This document shows positions 50,079 to 60,867 of a DNA stretch of 64,000 bases, piece by piece; position 1 is the first letter of the stretch, and each line of letters starts with the position of its first letter. The notes under the pieces were generated by a model. That model did not search any database, had not been told where the DNA came from, and was given only the letters and a program-made list of their open reading frames with translations. Source of the DNA: a virus. A program made the position numbers and the translations under genes. Location: positions 1-64,000 of IMG/VR virus record IMGVR_UViG_3300001683_000001; one strand, 5' to 3'.

Positions 50079-51308
50079 ATGAACGAAGATGAGAACAGAA
50101 CAGGAGCGCAACAGAGAATGCGAGATGCTGTCGAACTTCTCGGTGGAAGGGCGTCGAAAGACGACTACATCGCAGAGGTTCATCGGCTCTCGGTGGAGGA
50201 CGGGGGTTCTCCACGAATTGATGTCTTGGAGAAGACGGCCCTGAGGGGTCCAGCACTCCAAGCCGCCGGACTTGCTAAGGTCAAGGTCAATGTGGGAGGC
50301 GACGAGGAATACCAAGTATGGCTCCAAGAGGACGCCCAAGCACTACTCGACACAGTAGGTCGAGTCACCGTAGGGGGAGGCACAGGAGCCACAGGAGGCT
50401 CTACCATCCTAACACAAACCACCACCACCACCACCACCAGCACGAAGGTTGCCGGAGATGTGTGGTTCGGATTGACCCGCCGCGACCCAAGCGACTACCC
50501 CGACACCGAGCAGGTGCAGATGATTAACAACCCAACAGGATTCGTAGATGGCCTCGACTTCATGGAACTCATGGCTATCGCCTTCAAGAAGGGCTACCAC
50601 CACATCTCAGAGGGACCAACCGGATGCGGCAAGACAATGGCCGAGAAGGAGTTCTGCTACCAAATGGGAATCCCCCTCTACCGGATTAACTGCAAGGACG
50701 GCCTGACTTGGGATGACCTAATTGGCTACATGACCGCAGACGAGAAAGGGACCACCTTCATTGATGGTCTTCTGACCCGCGCTGTCCGCTACGGCGGCAT
50801 CATGTATGTGGACGAGATGACCTCCGCACTACCGGCAGTAATGACCGGCCTCAACGCGGTCTTAGACAGCGGCAAACTCGTTGTCCCAATGACCGGCGAA
50901 ACCCTGACCGCCCACGACGATTTCCGTGTGGCTGGTTCGTTCAACCCCGGCTACGCTGGAACCAACGAATTGAATCAGGCTACCGCCCGCCGCTTTGCTG
51001 GTCGCTTCATCTTCGACTACCTTGAGGCAGATGTCGAGGTCAAGGTCATCCAGCAACAGTCAGGAGTAGGCAACCCTGAGGTGGCGCGCGAACTCGTCAC
51101 CCTCGCCAACGACCTGAGGACCCTGCAAACACAGAACGACATCGAGATGGACTGTGGGACAGCCACCCTCGTCAATTGCATGGGCTGGCTGACCGACATC
51201 TCGCTGACCCGCGCTGTCGAAATCTGCATCATCGGACAGGCAATCCCTGACGACCGCCAGCAAGTTAGGCTGGCGTGCCGCCAGCGGTTGTCGAACTTCG
51301 ACTCTTGA
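50079..51308 (+). CDS. MoxR/CbbQ-NorQ-type AAA+ ATPase
   Basis: GPTGCGKT, DLIG, FIDGLLT.A..YG, DEM, NPGYAGT.ELN.A..RRF. Confidence 0.88.
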   Translation: MNEDENRTGAQQRMRDAVELLGGRASKDDYIAEVHRLSVEDGGSPRIDVLEKTALRGPALQAAGLAKVKVNVGGDEEYQVWLQEDAQALLDTVGRVTVGGGTGATGGSTILTQTTTTTTTSTKVAGDVWFGLTRRDPSDYPDTEQVQMINNPTGFVDGLDFMELMAIAFKKGYHHISEGPTGCGKTMAEKEFCYQMGIPLYRINCKDGLTWDDLIGYMTADEKGTTFIDGLLTRAVRYGGIMYVDEMTSALPAVMTGLNAVLDSGKLVVPMTGETLTAHDDFRVAGSFNPGYAGTNELNQATARRFAGRFIFDYLEADVEVKVIQQQSGVGNPEVARELVTLANDLRTLQTQNDIEMDCGTATLVNCMGWLTDISLTRAVEICIIGQAIPDDRQQVRLACRQRLSNFDS

Positions 51309-51318
51309 ATACGAAAAA

Positions 51319-51352
51319 GGCGGGGGGGCCACGCGCTCCCCCGCCCACTACT
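51319..51352. terminator. GC hairpin after the MoxR gene
   Basis: GGCGGGGG...CCCCCGCC stem directly downstream of the stop. Confidence 0.35.
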
Positions 51353-51595
51353 CACACTCTTGCTCCCATCGCAGGGAGGGGGGCGCGGCGTTGGGAGCCG
51401 TTCGATTCTCACGCCCCCCTTCCAAACTCAATTTCACAGGCTCACAGGCGGCGCGCGTAGAGCGCGTCTGTGATGCGTGGTCTGTATCGGGACTCCTGAG
51501 GACTTCAACGCGCTCTATGACCCCTTCATTGACCCGTATTCGGCAAGGGTGGTGGGTCCCTCTCCTTCAAGACGGTGGGAGGGATAGCGTGAGGT

Positions 51596-51820
51596 ATGAC
51601 CGACAGAGATGGTGAGCGAATGGATGTAATCGAGCAGCGACTCGGAGAGGTCTTGGAGAGGCTCCGAGATTTGGAGCGACGGCTCACCTCGATAGCATCT
51701 GCCGCGAACCCTACTGTCGTCAGCATTCGACATCCAAACCAGCGGACACTATGGTCGCCTCATCAGGAGCGAACCGTAGGCGAGGAAGTTCTCAAGGGTG
51801 AGGACGATGAAGCCTTCTGA
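51596..51820 (+). CDS. small coiled-coil protein
   Basis: ATG 30 nt after promoter 51566. Confidence 0.55.
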   Translation: MTDRDGERMDVIEQRLGEVLERLRDLERRLTSIASAANPTVVSIRHPNQRTLWSPHQERTVGEEVLKGEDDEAF

Positions 51821-52697
51821 CCTGTTGGGAAGCAAGGCCACCCACCAACCTCTCCGAGCGTGGTTGAAGACATGGAGCAACGGCGTGAGGCCAACACCGA
51901 ATATCGTGATAGTCACAGGTGCGAGTGGGGTAGGCAAGACGACGCTCGTCACCACGCTATCTGAGGCGGTTGGACTTCACCCGCAGATGTGCGAGGTCGG
52001 GAACCTCAAGGCATCACTCGCCCAAGCCAATACACCCACCTTCCTCGGTCAGCGTAGGTTGGCTATCTTGGATGACTCGTCGTTCCTCTCCCGCCGTGAG
52101 TGGAAGGACTTGGAGAAGACCCTCTCCCTCAACCCCATCCCACTCGTCCTCATCGCTGAGAGCGAGCGCGATGTGGCGTGGCCCATACGCAGGGGTGCGC
52201 TGGTGATTCGGACACCACCCCCGACCCGACAGAACCTCATCGAACTGCTGGCTCTCCACACCGACCGACTCGGCCTTCCACACGACGAGGCTGATTGGAA
52301 TCAGATTGCTGATGTCGCCTCGACTTGGCGAGCCGCGATTCTGAGGCTTCGGACTTCCCCACACACAGGCGGGCGCGCCATCGCGCGCGAGGGAGCGCGA
52401 TGTTCTGCGGAACATTCGCACGATGCTGGAACCACCGAGGAACGGAGAATCCTCGCTGGTCATCACGCTGGTCGAACCATCTCGGTTCACCCGATGGCTA
52501 TCCTCTCAGCCGCCGAGTTCAACGGGGCGAATCCGAATCATGTGGAAGTCGGGAATCGCCTCCACTCTTGGTCGTGGGAGTCGGACGACCTGACGAGGGT
52601 CGCCCACGACTACCTGACCACTCTGCGAGCCTCGACCCAAGACCGAGTTCCATTCCGTCAGCGAACCCTGCGTGGTTCCGTGAAGCGACTCAGGTGA
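51807..52697 (+). CDS. divergent/truncated RFC large subunit-like ATPase
   Basis: P.DLLG...L..WL..W, GASGVGKTT, ILDD, PLVLI. Confidence 0.6.
   Translation: MKPSDLLGSKATHQPLRAWLKTWSNGVRPTPNIVIVTGASGVGKTTLVTTLSEAVGLHPQMCEVGNLKASLAQANTPTFLGQRRLAILDDSSFLSRREWKDLEKTLSLNPIPLVLIAESERDVAWPIRRGALVIRTPPPTRQNLIELLALHTDRLGLPHDEADWNQIADVASTWRAAILRLRTSPHTGGRAIAREGARCSAEHSHDAGTTEERRILAGHHAGRTISVHPMAILSAAEFNGANPNHVEVGNRLHSWSWESDDLTRVAHDYLTTLRASTQDRVPFRQRTLRGSVKRLR
52374..52415. repeat. bipartite element inside the RFC-L-like CDS
   Basis: CGCGAG, 8 bp, ATGTTCTGCGGAACAT (52400). Confidence 0.85.
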
Positions 52698-52794
52698 ATC
52701 CTTGCTGATTCTGAGCCAATAGAGGGGCCATAGAGGCCGTTGAACCCCTCAGAGGTCCCGATACGGAACTTTGGCCCTCCATGCGCTCAGGCAC

Positions 52795-52909
52795 GCTCGC
52801 CTCCGCACTCGCCTCCGCACTCGCACTCGCCCTCGCGCGCTCCCTCGCCCTCGCGTGCGCGCGTGGGCGCGCACCCACACGCGAGAACCGGGCGTGTTCC
52901 ACAGAACAT
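52795..52909. repeat. bipartite element preceded by CGCACTCGCCTC tandem repeats
   Basis: GTGTTCCACAGAACAT at 52894. Confidence 0.9.
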
Positions 52910-53000
52910 TTCCAATCTCGTTTGAGAAAGTCGCTTAGGCTCCACAGGACCTACGGGACCAACCTGTTCATTCAAGACGGTGGGGAATGTTCGACGACTC

Positions 53001-53795
53001 ATGCTCACACCCAACAGCGAAGTATCGAGGACCGCCTCGATAAGAATCTCAGCCAACGAATGCGCCGGAACTCTGAGGCGAGTCGTTCTCAACAAACCCT
53101 CCAATCCGGTGAGAGTCCTGTTCACGGACGAGGGCATGAGCGTATGGACACACGACCTCGCCAAGACCATTCAGGTTCTCATCACCAAAGCCAATGTCGC
53201 GCTCAAGGTGAAGGAGCCATGCGTGTTGCTCATTGACCCGTTGCCGTTCGCCAATCTACTCGACAATAAGTTCAGCGGAGAGATGGTTCAGATAACGACG
53301 AAGGCCAACCGGCCAATCGTCATCAAGAACCGAGTCGGAGCCAAGTCGGTCTTCCATCCAGCCGACGAGGATGATTGCTTCCTGATTCCCGATAGGTGGT
53401 TGCTTCCCAAGAACTCAGATGGGTGGTTCACTCTCCCCATGAAGGACAACGAGGTCTGCACCACGAAGGTCACGATTGACCGAGGCGAACTCTCAGGTGG
53501 GCTGACCGACATGAAGGTCGCCAATGCTCCCTATGTGGTGTTCAATTTCAACCCCTCCAAATCTTCCTGTTCCTCAGGTCATTGGGGAACCAAGACTAAC
53601 CAATCTCACACCAACATCAAGGCGACCGTCGAGGGGGATGCGGCAGAGGTCGTCTTCACCGAATCGCTTGGAGTCATCCTCTCGCACATGGACGAGGACA
53701 CCTTCGTCATCTACAAACATAAGGACATCCCGTTCGTGGTAATAGAAAATGGCGACACGACCATCATAGCCACCGAAGCACAGAGGGAATCCTGA
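53001..53795 (+). CDS. putative PCNA-like sliding clamp
   Basis: ~264 aa, two-domain alpha/beta pattern (FTDEGMSV...D), located among RFC/PolB/primase. Confidence 0.5.
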   Translation: MLTPNSEVSRTASIRISANECAGTLRRVVLNKPSNPVRVLFTDEGMSVWTHDLAKTIQVLITKANVALKVKEPCVLLIDPLPFANLLDNKFSGEMVQITTKANRPIVIKNRVGAKSVFHPADEDDCFLIPDRWLLPKNSDGWFTLPMKDNEVCTTKVTIDRGELSGGLTDMKVANAPYVVFNFNPSKSSCSSGHWGTKTNQSHTNIKATVEGDAAEVVFTESLGVILSHMDEDTFVIYKHKDIPFVVIENGDTTIIATEAQRES

Positions 53796-54052
53796 TGTCT
53801 GACCGAGGCAACCTCTACGACCCCAAGCGGGGGAAGTTCGACATCAGGGAAGCAGAGAAGTCACTTGGCCTCCATGATAGCGACGACCGGAAGGAGATGA
53901 TTCGCCTGTCTGTCGTGACTGACCTCCTATGCGCTCATGCAGGTATCACGGACGAACAGGTGCAGATGGCCTATGAGCAACGCATCAAGACCTATGTCGC
54001 TGAAACGGTAGCGACCTTGCGTTCTATCGTTGGAGATGACCCGAATGAGTGA
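53795..54052 (+). CDS. hypothetical protein
   Basis: TGATG coupling. Confidence 0.55.
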   Translation: MSDRGNLYDPKRGKFDIREAEKSLGLHDSDDRKEMIRLSVVTDLLCAHAGITDEQVQMAYEQRIKTYVAETVATLRSIVGDDPNE

Positions 54053-54057
54053 TGACC

Positions 54058-55269
54058 ATGCAGTTCAGTATCGAAGACTTCGATGATGTATGCAACCACT
54101 TCGGATTCGACACCTATCCACGCACAGTCGGCAACCCTCGGCAGAGCCTCGTCTATGCGAGTGAAGAAGCCTACCTCAAGTTCTCCAAATGGAACGGGAA
54201 CTCCCCCTGCTTCATCAGCACCGGGGGCTACTCCAACATCCAATTCGACATAGGCGGCAAGCAATCTCCGAGGACAATCCACCACACTCTGACCTTCTTC
54301 GACTTCGACCACGAAACGAAGCCTGAGAATGCCTTCGCGGATGCACAGCGATTGTCTGAGTTCCTTCGGGAGATGGACATCGCTCATTGGGTGCAATACT
54401 CAGGGTCGAAGGGCTACCACCTGTTCATCATCCATGCTCCGACCAAGTTCAAGTTCGACTATCGAGATGGGAGCAACGAGGCTCTCAAGCGGATTCTCCA
54501 TCAGACCCAAGACTACCTCCGTCAGACCATCGGCCTCAACACCCTCGACGAGCAGACGATGGGCGACCCCAAGCGACTGTGCCGATTCCCATACTCACTC
54601 CATGTGGATAGACATGGGAAGGCATCGGGTCATCATGCACTTCCGGTTCCGGTTGAGGAACTCGATGTGGTGAATCACGACGACATCGTGATGCGCGCAT
54701 GTTCTGTGGAACATCCCGAATTGCCTGAGATTATCGGACGACGACTGACCCTCCGAGAGTTCATCTCAGAATTGGGCATCCGACTCGACGCACCCGAAAC
54801 AAAGATTCGGCCTGTCGTCGGAGGTGACTTCGACTTCGGGGATTCTGATAAGGAGGCGTTCCGATTCATCGCGTCACTTGAGCATAGGTGCATGGGCGTG
54901 GTGAATGAACTCAGACGACGCAACCCACCACACAAAGCGAGAGTCTTCGCCGCCCTGTTCGCCAAGACACTCGGCCTTCCTCAATCGGCGTTTGAGAAGG
55001 TGTGGATGGAGATGGGAACCAGCATGGGATATGTGGACTTGCACAACCACGAACACCGAGCCTATCAGATGGCGACCATCTTCGACAACCCGAACTACCA
55101 TTCCTTCCCCACTTGCACCACCCTCAAGGCGAACGGATGCTGTGTGGGTGAGATATGCCCTCGCTATGCTGAGATGGAGCGCATCGACTATCAACCGAAG
55201 CAAGTGGAGCGCAAGTGGTCGAGCAAGAGTGGGAGCAACGAAGACGCCGAAATATGGGAAGATGTTTGA
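54058..55269 (+). CDS. priS: archaeo-eukaryotic primase, PriS fused to PriL C-terminal Fe-S domain
   Basis: FFDFD, SGSKGYH, D..RL.RFP.S.H; C...PPH...CxTL...CC....CP. Confidence 0.85.
   Translation: MQFSIEDFDDVCNHFGFDTYPRTVGNPRQSLVYASEEAYLKFSKWNGNSPCFISTGGYSNIQFDIGGKQSPRTIHHTLTFFDFDHETKPENAFADAQRLSEFLREMDIAHWVQYSGSKGYHLFIIHAPTKFKFDYRDGSNEALKRILHQTQDYLRQTIGLNTLDEQTMGDPKRLCRFPYSLHVDRHGKASGHHALPVPVEELDVVNHDDIVMRACSVEHPELPEIIGRRLTLREFISELGIRLDAPETKIRPVVGGDFDFGDSDKEAFRFIASLEHRCMGVVNELRRRNPPHKARVFAALFAKTLGLPQSAFEKVWMEMGTSMGYVDLHNHEHRAYQMATIFDNPNYHSFPTCTTLKANGCCVGEICPRYAEMERIDYQPKQVERKWSSKSGSNEDAEIWEDV
54699..54714. repeat. palindrome in primase CDS
   Basis: ATGTTCTGTGGAACAT preceded by ATGCGCGC. 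Confidence 0.85.
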
Positions 55270-56071
55270 GAGCATCGAGCGCACACGCGCCTTCCTCGAT
55301 GACGCATCGCTTGGTCAAATGCTCGGCTTCTATCGCTACCTCCACGACCATCTTCAAACTGACCCAACAGACGACCTTTCGCCTATGGATGTCTATGACC
55401 TGCGTGAGCAGGTGGGAGGGATGATTCTGACTGAGATGATGGGGCGTCATAGGCGCATAGACCACCGCGAGCATTGGGTCATGGTGGAGTATCTCTCGCA
55501 CCTCGGATTTGAGGTCGTTCATCTCAAGACAGGGGAGGGAGATATGAAGACTGAACGAGTCGCTATCGAGAGGAAGGAGGACGACTTCCTTCCCTCTCTA
55601 TTTGACGGTCGAAGTCTGCGTCAATTGAGTGCGATGAGAGAGGCATCTGAGTTCTCCTACCTATTGGTCACGAAGTCATTCCAGCAGGTCAAGGAGGGGG
55701 CGTTGAAGCAGGGTGTGAGCGAGGCCACACTCCTGTCGTTCGTTGCATCCCTGTGCGCGGTAGGCTACCCTCCAATCTTCATCGAAGGCAAGCACGATGC
55801 GGCCTCCCTGATTCACCGCATCGTCGGCAAAATCGAGGACGATAAACACCGTCTGTATGTGCCTCGACCAGCCTCTCCACAGGTGTTGGATTATCGCAAC
55901 GCACTCATCGAAGGACTACCCAATATCGGTCCCAAATTGCGGCGTCGAATCATCGCGATTTACCCATCCATCTCATCTCTATGCGAGGCCACCATCGAGG
56001 ATTTGACGAACATCGAAGGTGTCGGTAAAACCACCGCCGAACGCATCATTTCGGTCCTCAATTCAGCCTGA
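55262..56071 (+). CDS. ERCC4/XPF (Hef-like) structure-specific nuclease with HhH2
   Basis: IDHRE, GD, IERK..DF..S..DGR...QL; LPNIG, IEGVG..TAERI. Confidence 0.88.
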   Translation: MFESIERTRAFLDDASLGQMLGFYRYLHDHLQTDPTDDLSPMDVYDLREQVGGMILTEMMGRHRRIDHREHWVMVEYLSHLGFEVVHLKTGEGDMKTERVAIERKEDDFLPSLFDGRSLRQLSAMREASEFSYLLVTKSFQQVKEGALKQGVSEATLLSFVASLCAVGYPPIFIEGKHDAASLIHRIVGKIEDDKHRLYVPRPASPQVLDYRNALIEGLPNIGPKLRRRIIAIYPSISSLCEATIEDLTNIEGVGKTTAERIISVLNSA

Positions 56072-56108
56072 TTCTGAACTGTCGAAACTCAGGGAGGACC
56101 AGCGCGTC

Positions 56109-56151
56109 ATGTTCGCGGGAACATCCGCGCTCTCGCACGCGCACACGCGAG
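56109..56151. repeat. bipartite element
   Basis: ATGTTCGCGGGAACAT, 7 bp, CTCGCA...CGCGAG. Confidence 0.85.
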
Positions 56152-56277
56152 GGAAAATCACCCCAATCAGGTTGGAATCAACGATTCCGCCACATCTACT
56201 CCACCCCCTACGAACCTGACTATCCAACCAAACTGAATACAACCGTTCATAAGGAACCTAATGACCCCGTAGGGGTG

Positions 56278-58512
56278 ATGACGACCACGACGACAGCCCC
56301 GAATATGTTTAGCCGCCGACCAGCAACCGCTTTCCTCGACAGAGCGAAGACTCGCAGATTTTTCCGAGAAGCCCGACTGATGTCCGGCGAACTTCAAGGG
56401 AAGGGTTCCGCCGTGAAGCGCATCATCCTGAACGATGAGGACAAGGCTTGCACAGACGGCAAGAGCATTTGGATTCCGAGGACGATGCACGACGACGAGA
56501 GGACGAACGAGATTATGCAAGAAGCCATCTTGGCCCATGAGGTTGCAGGTCACATGCGATACACCGACTTCGCTGTGTGGGACAACCAAGTCGTCAAGGC
56601 CATCAAGGAGGGGAAGGCTGACTCCATGCTACATCAGTTCGTCAATCTCTTGGAGGACGCTCGCATCAACCACCTACTCGGTCAGGACTTCAAGGGGTCG
56701 GGCAAGAGGCTCGACTTCACTCACGAAGTTTTCATGGAGAAGCACAAAAAGGAAGTCACCGATAAATCGCCACTCAAGCAACAGGCATTCGTGGCGATGA
56801 TGACCGAGGCTATCGCTCACAAACCACATTGGTCAGGGCGGTCTGAGATTATCGAGTTCATGGATGAGAACAGGACCCTCCTGATGAGTGGGGTCAAGCA
56901 ATCCTCGACAGCCACCATTGTCGTCCAAGCCAAGAAACTTCTCAAGGCATTCCGAGAGGCGTTCGATGACGACTCTGAGGAAGACCCTGAGATGGGAGAT
57001 GTCGAGGGCATCGAGGGTGACGAGATGAGCGATGTTCAGGAGTCGGCTCAGGAGCAGAGGCGTCAGGGTCGCAAGCCCAAGCAAGTCAGCCGAACGAGGT
57101 TCAACGACATGAAGGAACCAAAGGAGTCCGACTGTGATGGCGATGGTCAGGGCGATGGCTCAGGCGATTGCGATGGCTCAGGCGAGGATGGCGAGGATGG
57201 TTCAGGCTCAGGCGAAGGCGAGGGCGATGGAGATTCAGACGGCGATGGCGATGGCTCAGGAGAGGGCGATGGTCAGGGCGATGGCTCAGGCGATTGCGAT
57301 GGAGATGGCGATGGCGATGGTCAGGGCGATGGCGATGGCGCAGGTCAGAAGTCATTTGAGCAAGGCCGCGACAACAGCGGCGACGAGAAGTCCGACTCAG
57401 GCTACACCGACGGCACAGGATTGGACGGCGACGAGGACGCTGGTCACGGTGGCGGCTACGGCGGCTTCACCTCTGACGACAGCGGCTTCACCGAAACTTG
57501 GGCGTCCCTCCTTGATACAGCAGGGGCAGACCTTGAGAACGACATGGTAGAAGCCTTCGATGACGAGGCTGGCCTTGAGTCAGAGGTATCAGGAATTATC
57601 GAGGACGCTAACGAGGGCTGCTTTGAGTCCAACGACGGCTACCACACCGTCAGCGTGACGGCCAGCGTCAGAGGTATCACCGACCGCTACCACGACGAGA
57701 TGGATGCGACCGAACATGCCGAGGAATACGACCGAATAGCAAGGGAGAACCGAGGCAACATCCGCCGCATCACGAAGGAGATTACCCGCCGCATCAAGGG
57801 TAGCGACCCACGAATGCTGACTGAGCAGACGAGTGGGCGCGTCAATGCACGACAGGCATTCAAGACCACCTCGGCACTCAAGGGTCAATACGACACCCGC
57901 CGCATCTTCGCTCAGAAGATTGACCCGAAGGACCCCACCATGAACGCCATCATTCTGATTGACTCATCCGGCTCGATGGCGGGAGGCGCAGGTGGTTCCA
58001 ACAAGACGCTCGCCAAGTGCGCGGCAGAGGCCGCTACTGTGATGTCCGAGGTCTTCAACGGCCTGAGGTTCAATTACGAGATTTGCGACTTCGCCTCAAG
58101 TCACGGAACGACCATGAGAGTCCGCAAGCCAATGACCACCAAACTCACCTCTCAGAGCAAGGCTACCATCGCCATGCCGACAGCAGGTGGAAGCAACGCC
58201 GACGGCTATGCGGTCGAGTGGTGCTTGGACAGGCTGGCACAGTTCCCCGGCAATAGGATGCTCGTCGTCATCTCCGACGGTCGCCCTGCGGGAGCCTCGC
58301 CACCGGGAATGGACGACGAGGCACACCTCATCTCTGTGGTCAAGAACGCTCCGAAGGGAGTGGGCGTCTTCTCCATCGGCATCGGTGGCTACGACACCTC
58401 CGAGTTCTACGAGAACAGCGCGAAGGTCACGGACACCAGCAGGTTCGCTGAACAGGCAATCCCAATCCTCCGCCGCGCACTCAAGAAGGTCATCCCGTCG
58501 AGGAATGGTTGA
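56278..58512 (+). CDS. CobT/NorD-like vWA protein: N-terminal HExxH-like domain, Gly/Asp linker, C-terminal vWA
   Basis: ACTDGK.I, AHEVAGH, NLLED.RI; IDSSGSM, DG, VISDG.P. Confidence 0.85.
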   Translation: MTTTTTAPNMFSRRPATAFLDRAKTRRFFREARLMSGELQGKGSAVKRIILNDEDKACTDGKSIWIPRTMHDDERTNEIMQEAILAHEVAGHMRYTDFAVWDNQVVKAIKEGKADSMLHQFVNLLEDARINHLLGQDFKGSGKRLDFTHEVFMEKHKKEVTDKSPLKQQAFVAMMTEAIAHKPHWSGRSEIIEFMDENRTLLMSGVKQSSTATIVVQAKKLLKAFREAFDDDSEEDPEMGDVEGIEGDEMSDVQESAQEQRRQGRKPKQVSRTRFNDMKEPKESDCDGDGQGDGSGDCDGSGEDGEDGSGSGEGEGDGDSDGDGDGSGEGDGQGDGSGDCDGDGDGDGQGDGDGAGQKSFEQGRDNSGDEKSDSGYTDGTGLDGDEDAGHGGGYGGFTSDDSGFTETWASLLDTAGADLENDMVEAFDDEAGLESEVSGIIEDANEGCFESNDGYHTVSVTASVRGITDRYHDEMDATEHAEEYDRIARENRGNIRRITKEITRRIKGSDPRMLTEQTSGRVNARQAFKTTSALKGQYDTRRIFAQKIDPKDPTMNAIILIDSSGSMAGGAGGSNKTLAKCAAEAATVMSEVFNGLRFNYEICDFASSHGTTMRVRKPMTTKLTSQSKATIAMPTAGGSNADGYAVEWCLDRLAQFPGNRMLVVISDGRPAGASPPGMDDEAHLISVVKNAPKGVGVFSIGIGGYDTSEFYENSAKVTDTSRFAEQAIPILRRALKKVIPSRNG
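57134..57342 (+). repeat. GGCGAT/GGCTCA low-complexity repeats encoding the Gly-Asp linker
   Basis: (GD)n/GDGSG repeats in the vWA gene. Confidence 0.8.
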
Positions 58513-58708
58513 GGATGGAATCCTCCCCTCGCGGGGCGTGCATGACCGCGCTCTCGCTCACACACACGGACACACCCGCGAGAGCGAGCGCAGGGAGCGC
58601 GCAGGGAGCGCGTCAATCTCCCATCGGGGCCTCTAACCCATTCAACGGCCTCTATGGCCCCTCTATTGGTTCAGAAACACCAAGAACTTCGTCTGTGAGA
58701 GATAGACC

Positions 58709-60460
58709 ATGAGTAGAGCCGACCCGCCTCGGATGGGATGGTGGGTGAATGACGGGAAGCATCGTAGTCGTCATCAGAATAATACTGAAGATTTTCCACT
58801 CAGTCTTGCAGACCTTCACAATGACGGCTGCACCTCCATCATTACTGACGGGTTAGACAAGTTCAGCAGGTTCGCTGGAACCAATTTCAGTTCCCAATCG
58901 CTCGTCACGCTTGAGGACCGTGACTACGAACTCGGACATTCTATACCTCACAGAATCGAGCCGGGTGGTGGGTCTGCGTTCGTATGGGGATGGTCGGACC
59001 ACGACGGGGAAGGGCAGAATAACATGGCTCAGACGGAGCCGCTTTCGCAGGGGCGCGAAGGTGCGTATGTGAGGCCGGAACTCCGCTACATCTCTTGCTC
59101 CGACGCGCTTCACAACGCCGCTGACTTCCGCGCATGGCTCGCGCGATTGGGCGATACCCCCTCAGGAATTGGGAACCGACAGGAGATGATTGGACACATC
59201 CAACGACACGCCTCCGCGCTTGTTGATAATCTCCCTAAACTCGGTCCGTCCAGCGGAGGGTCATGGCCGGATAGAATCAAACTCAATGTCGCACATCATC
59301 AGGGTGTCCTGTTCAACGACATCTCGATTGAAACGGGTGGTGATAAAATATGGTCGCCGGAAGGGAATTGGAACTCCGACATCTCGTTCGGTGAGGACGG
59401 CAAGGTCGTAGTCCTAACTACGGACCGCAACACCAAAAAAGCGAGGTTTGGATTCCCTGCTGACTACGAGGCCGAGAGGCAATTGGCGAACTACTGTGCT
59501 AAGGAAACTCACAACCTAATGGAACGCTCCCCAATGCACCTATCAAGGACGGGAACTTGGCGTTGCACTCAGCAAGCATTCAGAGAGGTTGCTATGACGA
59601 GTCGAATGATGCAAATCCTCGCCTCTCCCGACCGAGGTGGGAGGGCGGATATACAGAAGGCCAATGTCCATCCTCGCCCTCACATATCCACGGTTGGCGC
59701 ACTCATGCACATCTACGAGATGATGAGGATAGTCCATGTCGAGAAGTCCGCCGACGGAACCGGAGCGACCGCCTACCTCGCGTCTTCGATGGGTGAGTTC
59801 ATCAGCCCCGCTATGGAGCCGGATGGGTTCGGTGGAGAAGCGTATGGTCAGAGCCTCCCGCTATTCTGCATCCCGGTGAATATGGTAGGGGGCCGAGATG
59901 ACTTGACCTTCGGAGATTGGATAGTCGTCGGGACCCATGCTATTCCATCAGGCTCACACGCGGTCGAGATTCTGACCGCTGTGCATGGAGAGAACGGAGT
60001 CTATGATGTGATGAAGCCCAACGGGACACATAGGACGAACACCGTCCTCGTCGGTATTCGTGATAGGGTCATCAACCTCCCCGACAGGACCCTCACCAAG
60101 CACTACTTCTCACCGCCGGAATTGATGCACATGGCTGTCGCCTCTGAGCGAGTCGTCACCACTCATACTGTTGATGAAACTCAAGTCAAAATGGATGCGA
60201 GGAATATGAGAAAGAAGTGGGTTCCGACATGGAAGGATAACCGAGGGAGGAAAACCCTCAATCTCGCAGGGAGGAAGAAGGTCAGGCTTCACGATGTCGT
60301 GCGTTGCTCGACCTGCAACGGGAAGGTCGAAATCAAGGCCGACATCGGGAACACCGCCATCGTCGGCAAGTGTCCTCATTGTAGCGAGGACTCCGTTCAC
60401 TTCCCTCACCTCGTCATGGGTGCAGACATTCCCAAATCGCTACCGGCCCGTTCTCAATAA
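58709..60460 (+). CDS. hypothetical protein with C-terminal Zn ribbon (start uncertain)
   Basis: 583-aa ORF; CSTC...CPHC. Confidence 0.6.
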   Translation: MSRADPPRMGWWVNDGKHRSRHQNNTEDFPLSLADLHNDGCTSIITDGLDKFSRFAGTNFSSQSLVTLEDRDYELGHSIPHRIEPGGGSAFVWGWSDHDGEGQNNMAQTEPLSQGREGAYVRPELRYISCSDALHNAADFRAWLARLGDTPSGIGNRQEMIGHIQRHASALVDNLPKLGPSSGGSWPDRIKLNVAHHQGVLFNDISIETGGDKIWSPEGNWNSDISFGEDGKVVVLTTDRNTKKARFGFPADYEAERQLANYCAKETHNLMERSPMHLSRTGTWRCTQQAFREVAMTSRMMQILASPDRGGRADIQKANVHPRPHISTVGALMHIYEMMRIVHVEKSADGTGATAYLASSMGEFISPAMEPDGFGGEAYGQSLPLFCIPVNMVGGRDDLTFGDWIVVGTHAIPSGSHAVEILTAVHGENGVYDVMKPNGTHRTNTVLVGIRDRVINLPDRTLTKHYFSPPELMHMAVASERVVTTHTVDETQVKMDARNMRKKWVPTWKDNRGRKTLNLAGRKKVRLHDVVRCSTCNGKVEIKADIGNTAIVGKCPHCSEDSVHFPHLVMGADIPKSLPARSQ

Positions 60461-60501
60461 CCATAATCATCAAGGACTGTGGAACTTCCGATTGGAAGTC
60501 C

Positions 60502-60867
60502 ATGCCGCCGAAACGAATCCCGAAGCCACTCAAGAAGGCCATCCTCGGTTCGCTATTTTCCAGCACTATGAATGACTCCCTTCCCTCTGCTGCCGTAGCC
60601 GACCGAGTGAATAACAACCCACAAGTTCCAGCGAGGATGATGAAGACCCCGAAGCAAATGGCGTATCTACTCAATCAGATGATACGGGAATATCCCGGCA
60701 TCATCGAAACTCAGTTCCTCAATCGGAACGGAATGAGCCGACATGGAGTCAGGAGATTCCGCAAGGGCTACCTCCCAATCAAGGGCGTCACACTTGCCGA
60801 AGCCGAGCAAGCCGTAGGGGTCACTCGGAAGAAGCAGAATCAGGCCAAGAACCCCGATTCAGAATAA
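60502..60867 (+). CDS. basic putative wHTH protein
   Basis: AILGSL...SAAVADRV...TPKQMAYLL. Confidence 0.5.
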   Translation: MPPKRIPKPLKKAILGSLFSSTMNDSLPSAAVADRVNNNPQVPARMMKTPKQMAYLLNQMIREYPGIIETQFLNRNGMSRHGVRRFRKGYLPIKGVTLAEAEQAVGVTRKKQNQAKNPDSE

